This document shows, piece after piece, positions 54,101 through 64,000 of a stretch of 64,000 nt of DNA (its first letter is position 1; every line of letters starts with the position of its first letter). The notes beneath the pieces were generated by a model. That model saw only the letters and a program-made list of their open reading frames with translations. It ran no database searches and had not been told where the DNA came from. The translations under genes and the position numbers were made by a program. This stretch comes from Flaccisagitta enflata (Eukaryota). The stretch is taken from contig OZ231126.1 in assembly GCA_965153355.1 (NCBI GenBank), positions 26,412,001 through 26,476,000 of the forward strand, written 5' to 3'.

Positions 54101-57100
54101 CTGATTTTTTCTTAAGTTAGAAGCGATTTTTGCCTTTTTATATTATGATATTTATAATTAATAATGGACATGCTTAATCAATGAATATTGACTTTAAAAT
54201 TGAAAATTTGAGTTATCTGAGTCCAAACCAGCATAATTCAGTAAGACCAAAGATAGATAAGCAAATTTAAAGGAAAACAAACACCCTAATGTTTATGTAG
54301 AGTCACCTGTTTTAAAGGGTGTTTTTTCAGCAATTTGGGTGGTTTGTCTATGGTAATGGATAGTCAAGAAGAAATGACACTAGGAAAAAATTAGGTCAAA
54401 AAGTTCAATCGTTTTGGAAATATAAGCGTTTTGTCTTTTTAAGATGTGATACTTATAATATATCACTTATGAAATATAGGTTACAATGAGTTTTTTAGCA
54501 TTTTGGGTGGTTGGTCAATGGTAATGGATAGTGCACAGGAAAAAATAACATTAGAAAAAAGAATCAGGTCAAAAAACTGTTTTTTTCTTAAGTTAGAGGC
54601 GATTTTTGCCTTTTTATAATATGATATTTATAATCAATAATGGACATGCTTAATCAATGAATATTGACTTTAAAATTGAAAATTTGAGATATCTGAGTCC
54701 AAACCAGCATAATTCAGTAAGACCAAAGATAGATTAGCAAATTTAAGGAAGAAATAAACACCTAATGTTTATGTAGAGTCACCTGTTTTAAAGGGTGTAG
54801 AATAGAGGGAGAACCATGTTCTTTCCCTAACTTTAAGATGATATCTACACATCAACCAATACTTTTGAAACCTAGTGAGAGGGTCTGTTCTTAGTTTAGG
54901 ATGTGAGTGAACACATCATGAAAAAAAAAACTGAACATTTTTCAATCATATGGCCGTACGGCCTCTCGACAAGGAAAGCCTGGAATTTTTAAGCAAATCC
55001 CCTCAATTTTCAAAGGCCAATTTGACTGACTTAAACCTAATAGGAAAGCTTGAGATTGAACATAAGAACATCCATGCTACAACACGGTGCATCAATATCA
55101 AAATTTCAAGGATCAGGCCTGGTAAATTTTCAGGATTAAGGAGCGAAAAGTGAATGTAGTGATATAGCATATACCCTTTTTTCACTCCAAACGCTTCAAA
55201 ATCCTAATAGGTTAACCATTTTTTGAGGTTTTTTTGCTCTGAGCGCTTCCTCTTAATGTTTACTTTGGAAGAGTTTACCACAAGAAAATAGAATCCATAA
55301 AATTCAAGTTAAGCGCTCAAACAACTGTGACTCAGTTGCGCTTGTGATTCTCTCCCGGTAATCTACGCCCTTTATAAGGGGTTTTTCAGCATTTTGGGTG
55401 GTTTGTCTGTATGGATAGTCAAGAGAAATGACACTAGGAAAAAAATTGGGTCCAAAAACTAATCGTTTGGAAATATAAGCGTTTTATCTTTTTAAGATGT
55501 GATATATAATATATCATATGAAATATAGGTTACAATGGGTTTTTTTAGCATTTTGGGTGGTTGGTCAATGGCAATGGATAGTGCACAGGAAAAAATGACA
55601 TTAGGAAAAAGAATCAGGTCAAAAAACTGATTTTTTCTTAAGTTAGAAGCGATTTTGCCTTTTTATAATATGATATTCATAAGTAATAATGGACATGCTT
55701 AATCACTGAATATTTGACTTTAAAATTGAAAATTTAGATTATCTGAGTCCAAACCAGCATAATTCAGTAAGACCAAAGATAGATTAGCAAATTTTAAGGA
55801 AAACAAACACCCTAATGTTTATGTAGAGTCACCTGTTTTAAAGGGTGTTTTTTCAGCATTTTGGGTGGTTTGTCCATAAGCTCAATGGATAGTCAGAAGG
55901 GAAATATTTTCGGAAAAGAAAAAAATTGGTCAAAAAGTTCTATCGTTTTGGAAATATAGCGTTTTTATCTTTTTAAGATATAATATATATTATATCATAT
56001 AAAATATAGGTTACAATGATTTTTTTAGTATTTTGGGTGGTTGGTCAATGGTAATGGATAGTGCACAGGAAAAAATAACATTAGAAAAAAGAATCAGGTC
56101 AAAAAACTGATTTTTTCTTAGTTAGAAGCGATTTTTGCCTTTTTATAATATGATGTTTAATTAATAAATGGACATGTATCAATGAATATTGACATTTAAA
56201 TTGAAAATTTGAGTTATCTGAGTCCAAACCAGCATAATTCAGTAAGACCAAAGATAGATTAGCAAATTTTAAGGAAAACAAACACCCTAATGTTTATGTA
56301 GAGTCACCTGTTTTAAAGGGTGTATAGAATAGAGGGAAGAACCATGTTTCTTTCCCTAACTTTGAATAAATATCTGCATCAACAATACTGAAACCTAGTG
56401 AGGGTCTGTTCATAGTTTAGGATGTGAGTAACACATCATGAAAAAACTGAACATTTTTCAATCATATGGCCGAACGGCCTCTCGACAGGGAAAGCCTGGG
56501 ATTTTTAAGACAATCCCCTCAATTTTCCAAGGCCAATTTGACTGACTTAAACCTAATAGGAAAGCTTGAGATTGAACATAAGAACATCCATGCTACAACA
56601 CGGCGGATCAATATCAAAATTTCAAAGATCAGGCCTAGTAAATCCTGAGGATTAAGGAGCGAAAAGTGAATGTAGTAATATAGCATATACCCTTTTTCAC
56701 TCCAACAGCTTCAAAATCTAATAGGTTAGCTCATTTGGAGGTTTTTGCTCTGAGCGCTTCCTCTTAATGTTTACTTTGGAAGAGTTTACCACAAGAAAAT
56801 AGATCCCGCAAAAAAATTCAAATTTAAGCGCTCAAACAACTGTGACTCAGTTACGGCATGATTCTCCGGTAGTCTACGCCCTTTATAAGGGGGGTTTTGT
56901 CTGGTGGTTTGTCTGTAAGTATTAGATGAGTGAAGGGAAATGACACTAGGAAAAAAATTGGGTCAAAAAGTTCAATCGTTTTGAAAATATAAGCGTTTTT
57001 GTCTTTTTACGATGTGATATATAATATATCATATGAAATATGAGTTACAATAGGTTTTAGCATTTTGGGTGGTTGGTCAATGGTAATGGATAGTGCTCAG

Positions 57101-60100
57101 GAAAAAATGACATTAGGAAAAAGAATCAGGTCAAAAAACTGATTTTTTCTTAAGTTAGAAGCGATTTTTGCCTTTTTGAAATATGATATTTATAAGTAAG
57201 AATGGACATGCTTAATCAATGAATATTGACTTTAAAATTAAAAATTTGAGTTATCTGAGTCCAAACCATCATAATTCAGTAAGACCAAAGATAGATTTGC
57301 AAATTTAAAGGAAAACAAACACCCTAATGTTTATGTAGAGTTTTTTTCAGCAGGGGGGTTTTTTCAGCATTTTGGGTGGTTTGTCTATGGTAATGGATAG
57401 TCAAGAAGGGGAAATGACACTAGGAAAAAAAATTGGGTCAAAAAGTTCAACCGTTTTGAAGTATAAGCGTTTTTGTCTTTTTAAGATGTAATATATAATA
57501 AATCATATGAAATATAAGTTACAATGAGTTTTTTTAGCATTTTAGGTGGTTGGTCAATGGTAATGGATAGTGCACAGGAAAAAATGACATTAGGAAAAAG
57601 AATCAGGTCAAAAAACTGATTTTTTCTTAAGTTAGAAGCGATTTTTGCCTTTTTATAATATGATATTTATAATCAATAATGGACATGCTTAATCAATGAA
57701 TATTGACTTTAAAATTGAAAATTTGAGTTATCTGAGTCCAAACCAGCATAATTCAGTAAGACCAAAGATAGATTAGCAAATTTAAAGGAAAACAAACAAC
57801 CTAATGTTTATGTAGAGTCACCTGTTTTAAAGGGTGTAGAATAGAGAGAACCATTCTTTCCTAACTAAAGATATCTCGCATCAGCAATGCTTGTTTGGAA
57901 ACCTATTGAAGGGAATCTGTTCATAGTTTAGGATGTGGTGTTTCACATCATAAAAAAACTGAACATTTTCAATCATATGGCCAGTACGGCCTCTCGTCAA
58001 GGAAAGCCTGGAATTTTTAAGCAAATCCCCTCAATTTTCAAAGGCCAATTTGACTGACTTAAACCTAATAGGAAAGCTTGAGATTGAACATAGGTACATC
58101 CATGCTACAACACTGCGCATCAATATCAAAATTTCAAAGATCAGGCCTGGTAAATTTTCAAGATTAAGGAGCGAAAAGTGAATGTAGTGATATAGCATAT
58201 ACCCTTTTCCTCCAGCGCTTCAAAATCCTAATAGGTTAACCATTTTGGAGGTTTTTTTGCTCTGAGCGCTTCCTCTTAATATTTACTTTGGAAGAGTTTA
58301 TCACAAGACAATAGATCCCGCAAAAAAATTCAAATTTAAGCGCTCAAACGACTGTGACTCAGTTACGGCATGATTCTCAGTAGTCACTTTACTAGGGGTT
58401 TCAGCATTTTGGGTGGTTTGTCTATGGTAATGGATAGTCAAGAAGGGAAATGACACTAGGAAACGAAATTGATCAAAAAAGTTCAATCGTTTTGAAAATA
58501 TAAGCGTTTTTGTCTTTTTAAGATGTGATATATAATATATCATATGAAATATAGATTACAATGAGTTTTTTTTAGCATTTTGGGTGGTTGGTCAATGGTA
58601 ATGGATAGTGCACAGGAAAAAATAACATTAGAAAAAAGAATCAGGTCAAACTGATTTTTTCTTAAGTTAGAAGCGAATTTTGCCTTTTTATAATATGATA
58701 TTTATAATTAATAATGGACATGCTTAATCAATGAATATTGACTTTAAAATTGAAAATTTGAGTTATCTGAGTCCAAACAATCATAATTCAATAAGACCAA
58801 AGATAGATTAGCAGAAATTTGAAAACAAACACCCTAATGTTTATGTAGAGTCACCTGTTTTATAAGAGGGGTTTTTTCAGCATTTGGGTGGTTTGTCTAT
58901 GATAATGGATAGTCAAGAAGGGTAAATGACACTAGGAAAAAAAATTGGGTCAAAAAGTTCAACCGTTTTGAAGTATAAGCGTTTTTGTCTTTTTAAGATG
59001 TAATATATAATATATCACATGAAATATAGGTTACAATGAGTTTTTATAGCATTTTGGGTGGTTGGTCAATGGTAATGGATAGTGCACAAGAAAAAATGAC
59101 ATTAGAAAAAAGAATCAGGTCAAAACAGTGATATTTTCTTAAGTTAGAAGCGATTTTTGCCTTTTCACAATATGATATTTATAATTAATAATGGACATGC
59201 TTAATCAATGAATAATGACTTTAAAATTGAAAATTTGAGTTATCTGAGTCCAAACCAGCATAATTCAGTAAGACCAAAGATAGATTAGCAAATTTAAAGG
59301 AAAACAAACACCTTAATGTTTATGTAGAGTCACCTGTTTTAAAGGGTGTAGAATAGAGGGAGAACCATTTTCTTTCCCTAACTTTAAGATGATATCTACG
59401 CATCAACCAATACTTTGAAACTAGTGAGGAGAGATTCTGTTCACTTAGTTTAGGATGTGGTGAATTTTATCCATGAAAAAAAAACTGAACATTTTTCAAT
59501 CATATGGCCATACGGCCTCTTGACAGGGAAAGCCTGGGATTTTTAAGCAAATCCTCCCAATTTTCAAAGGCCAATTTGACTGACTTAAACCTAGCAGGAA
59601 AGCTTGAGATTGAACATAAGGACATCCATGCTACAACACGGCGGATCAATATCAAAATTTCAAAGATCAGGCCTGGTAAATTTTCAGGATTAAGGAGCGA
59701 AAAGTGAATGTAGTGATATAGCATATACCCTTTTTTCACTCCAAACGCTTCAAAATCCTAATAGGTTAACCATTTTGGAGGTTTTTTTGCTCTGAGCGCT
59801 TCCTCTTAATGTTTACTTTGGAAGAGTTTACCACAAGAAAATAGATCCCGAAAAAAAATTCAAATTTAAGCGCTCAAACAACTGTGACTCAGTTACGGCA
59901 TGATTCTCCGGTAGTATACGCCCTTTATAAGAAGGGTTTTTTCATTATTTTAGGTGGTTTGTCTATGGTAATGGATAGTCAAGAAGGGAATGACACTAGG
60001 AAAAAAAATTGGGTCAAAAAGTTCAATCGTTTTGGAAATATAAGCGTTTTTATCTTTTTAAGATGTGATATATAATATATCATATGAAATATAGGTTACA

Positions 60101-63100
60101 ATGAGTTTTTTTAGCATTTTGGGTGGTTGGTCAATGGTAATGGATAGTGCTCAGGAAAAAATAACATTAGAAAAAAGAATCAGGTCAAAAAACTGATTTT
60201 TTCTTAAGTTAGAAGCGATTTTTGCCTTTTTATAATATGATATTTATAAGTCAGAATGGACATGCTTAATCAATGAATAATGACTTTAAAATGGAAAATT
60301 TGAGTTATCTGAGTCCAAACCATCATAATTCAGTAAGACCAAAGATAGATTTGCAAATTTAAAGGAAAACAAACACCCTAATGTTTATGTAGAGTCACCT
60401 GTTTTATAAGGGGGGTTTTTTCAGCATTTTGGGTGGTTTGTCTATGGTAATGGATAGTCAAGAAGGGGAAATGACACTAGGAAAAAAAATTGGGTCAAAA
60501 AGTTCAATCGTTTAGGAAATATAAGCGTTTTTGTCTTTTTAAGATGTGATATATAATATATCATATGAAATATAGGTTACAATGAGTTTTTTTAGCATTT
60601 TGGGTGGTTGGTCAATGGTAATGGATAGTGCACAGGAAAAAATAACATTAGAAAAAAGAATCAGGTCAAAAAACTGATTTTTTCTTAAGTTAGAAGCGAT
60701 TTTTGCCTTTTTATAATATGATATTTATAAGTAAGAATGGACATGCTTAATCAATGAATATTGACTTTAAAATTGAAAATTTGAGTTGTCTGAGTCCAAA
60801 CCAGCATAATTCAGTAAGACCAAAGATAGATTAGCAAATTTAAAGGAAAACAAACACCTTAATGTTTATGTAGAGTCACCTGTTTTAAAGGGTGTAGAAT
60901 AGAGGGAGAACCATGTTCTTTCCCTAACTTTAAGATGATATCTACGCATCAACCAATACTTTTGAAACCTAGTGAGAGGGTCTGTTCATAGTTTAGGATG
61001 TGAGTGAACACATCGTGAAAAAAAAACTGAACATTTTTCAATCATATGGCCGTACGGCCTCTCGACAGGGAAAGCCTGGAATTTTTAAGCAAATCCCCTC
61101 AATTTTCAAAGGCCAATTTGACTGACTTAAACCTAATAGGAAAGCTTGAGATTGAACATAAGAACATCCATGCTACAACACGGCGGATCAATATCAAAAT
61201 TTCAAAGATCAGGCCTGGTAAATTTTCAGGATTAAGGAGCGAAAAGTGAATGTAGTGATATAGCATATACCCTTTTTTCACTCCAAACGCTTCAAAATCC
61301 TAATAGGTTAACCATTTTGGAGGTTTTTTTGCTCTGAGCGCTTCCTCTTAATGTTTACTTTGGAAGAGTTTACCACAAGAAAATAGATCCCGCAAAAAAT
61401 TTCAAATTTAAGCGCTCAAACAACTGTGACTCAGTTACGGCATGATTCTCCGGTAGTCGCCCTTTATAAGGGGGTTTTTCAGCATTTTGGGTGGTTTGTC
61501 TATGGTAATGGATAGTCAAGAAGGGAAATGACACTAGGAAAAAAAGTGGGTCAAAAAGTTCAATCGTTTTGAAATATAAGCGTTTTTATCTTTTTAAGAT
61601 GTGATATATAATATATCATATGAAATATAGGTTACAATGAGTTTTTTTTGCATTTTGGGTGGTTGGTCAATGGTAATGGATAGTGCTCAGGAAAAAATAA
61701 CATTAGAAAAAAGAATCAGGTCAAAAAACTGAATTTTTCTTAAGTTAGAAGCGATTTTTGCCTTTTTATATTATGATATTTATAATTAATAATGGACATG
61801 CTTAATCAATGAATATTGACTTTAAAATTGAAAATTTGAGTTATCTGAGTCCAAACCAGCATAATTCAGTAAGACCAAAGATAGATTATAATTTAAAAGA
61901 GAAGAAACAAACGCCTTTAATGTTTATGTAGAGTCACCTGTTTAAAAGGGGGGTTTTTTCAGCATTTTGGGTGGTTTGTCTATGGTATTGGATAGTCAAG
62001 AAGGGGAAATGACACTAGGAAAAAAAATTGGGTCAAAAAGTTCAATCGTTTTGAAAATATAAGCGTTTTTGTCTTTTTAAGATGTGATATATAATATATC
62101 ATATGAAATATAGATTACAATGAGTTTTTTTTAGCATTTTGGGTGGTTGGTCAATGGTAATGGATAGTGCACAGGAAAAAATGACATTAGAAAAAAAATC
62201 AGGTCAAAAAACTGATTTTTTCTTAAGTTAGAAGCGATTTTGCCTTTTTATAATATGATATTTATAAGTAAGAATGGACATGCTTAATCAATGAATAATG
62301 ACTTTAAAATTGAAAATTTGAGTTATCTGAGTCCAAACCAGCATAATTCAGTAAGACCAAAGATAGATTAGCAAATTTAAAGGAAAGCAAACACCCTAAT
62401 GTTTATGTAGAGTCACCTGTTTTAAAGGGTGTAGAATAGAGAGAGAACCATGTTCTTTCCCTAACTTTAAGATGATATCTACGCATCAGCAATACTTTTG
62501 AAACCTAGTGAGAGGTCACATTTCACTAGTTTAGGATGTAGTGAACACATCATGAAAAAAAAACTGAACATTTTTCAATCATATGGCCGTACGGCCTCTC
62601 GACAGGGAAAGCCTGGAATTTTTAAGCAAATCCCCTCAATTTTAAAAGGCCAATTTGACTGACTTAAACCTAATAAAGAAGCTGAGATTAGAACATAGAA
62701 CATCCATGCTACAACACGGTAGGATCAATATCAAATTTCAAAGATCAGGCCTGGTAAATTTTTAGGATTAAGGAGGCGAAAGTGAATGTAGTATTCATAG
62801 CATATACCCTTTTTCACTCCAAACGCTCAAAATCCTAATGGTTGTAACCATTTTGGATTGAGTTTTTTTTTTTTGCTCTGAGCGCTTCCTCTTAATGTTT
62901 ACTTTGGAAGGATTTACCACAAAAAAATAGATCCAGCTAAAAAATTCAAATTTAAGCGCTCAAACAACTGTGACTCAGTTGCGGCATGATTCTCCGGTAG
63001 TCTACGCCCTTTATAAGGGGGTTTTTTCAGCATTTTGGGTGGTTTGTCTATGGTAATGGATAGTCAAGAAGGGGAAATGACACTAGGAAAAAAAAATTGG

Positions 63101-64000
63101 GTCAAAAAGTTCAATCGTTTTGGAAATATAAGCGTTTTTATCTTTTTAAGTGTGATATAATATATCATATGAAATATAAGAGTTACAATAAAGTTTTAGC
63201 ATTTTGGGTGGTTGGTCAATGGTAATGGATAGTGCTCAGGAAAAATAACATTAGAAAAAAGAATCAGGTCAAAAAACTGATTTTTTCTTAAGTTAGAAGC
63301 GAATTTTGCCTTTTTATAATATGATATTTATAATTAATAATGGACATGCTTAATCAATGAATATTGACTTTAAAATTGAAAATTTGAGTTATCTGAGTCC
63401 AAACCAGCATAATTCAGTAAGACCAAAGATAGATTAGCAAATTTAAAGGAAAACAAACACCTAATGTTTATGTAGAGTCACCTGTTTTATAAGGGGTTTT
63501 TTCAGCATTTTAGGTGGTTTGTCTATGGTAATGGATAGTCAGAAGAAATGACACTAGGAGAAAAAAATTGGGTCAAAAAGTTCAATCGTTTTGAAAATAT
63601 AAGCGTTTTTGTCTTTTTAAGATGTGATATATAATATATCATATGAAATATAGGTTACAATGAGTTTTTTTAGCATTTTGGGTGGTTGGTCAATGGTAAT
63701 GGATAGTGCACAGGAAAAAATAACATTAGAAAAAAGAATCAGGTCAAAAAACTGATTTTTCTTAAGTTAAAGCGATTTTGCCTTTTTATAATATGATATT
63801 TATAATCAATAATGGACATGCTTAATCAATGAATATTGACTTTAAAATTGAAAATTTGAGTTATCTGAGTCCAAACCAGCATAATTCAGTAAGACCAAAG
63901 ATCGATTTGCAAATTTAAAGGAAAACAAACACCCTAATGTTTATGTAGAGTCACCTGTTTTAAAGGGTGTAGAATAGAGGGAGAACCATGTTCTTTCCCT
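27178..64000. repeat. Tandem macrosatellite, ~1535-bp unit, about 24 complete copies, continuing past the window end
   Basis: The unit start gggtgtagaatagagggagaacc recurs at ~27179, 28706, 30241, 31785 and onward to ~63965. The same 67-aa ORF recurs with this period. Each unit is A (~580 bp) + B (~480 bp) + B' (~480 bp). Confidence 0.98.

Noticed and set aside
27335-61281. Repeated 67-aa (MAVRPLDKESLEF...) and 60-aa antisense ORFs as a tandem gene array
   Set aside because: They are short, have no recognisable domain, overlap on both strands and are broken in several copies. They are best explained as by-products of the satellite unit.
27178-64000. CRISPR array, or rDNA/5S/snRNA/histone repeat
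   Set aside because: There are no unique spacers, and I recognise no rRNA, tRNA, snRNA or histone sequence in the unit. An Rfam search would be needed to exclude a divergent ncRNA.

Overview
Eukaryotic DNA, most likely an invertebrate animal, judged from spliceosomal GT-AG signals, dense microsatellites and non-autonomous DNA transposons. No prokaryotic features are visible. The window has two parts. (1) 1-27.2 kb holds a minus-strand tandem cluster of five paralogous loci (A-E). A runs off the left edge and is absent from the ORF track. B is intact at 756-783 aa. C is about 1372 aa, split by one extra base in an AAC microsatellite, and ends in a MYND-type zinc finger. D is a TE-riddled pseudogene, and E is a C-terminal remnant cut by the satellite. 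A, B and D share an N-terminal FLHPSTC...DGFLLFPT..KL motif, and C has a diverged version. By eye, the motif order and Cys spacing in B and C resemble class I viral fusion glycoproteins (paramyxovirus F, baculovirus F, errantivirus Env). No gag, pol, LTR or other viral gene is seen, and A, B and D carry a conserved upstream exon. My inference, untested by any search, is an expanded family of host-domesticated F/Env-like genes. Between and inside these genes lie hAT-like, Tc1/mariner-like, fold-back and Helentron/DINE-1-like elements. (2) 27.2-64 kb is a tandem macrosatellite of about 24 units of ~1535 bp, organised as A+B+B', whose A module looks like a TIR element. It begins inside the reading frame of paralog E.
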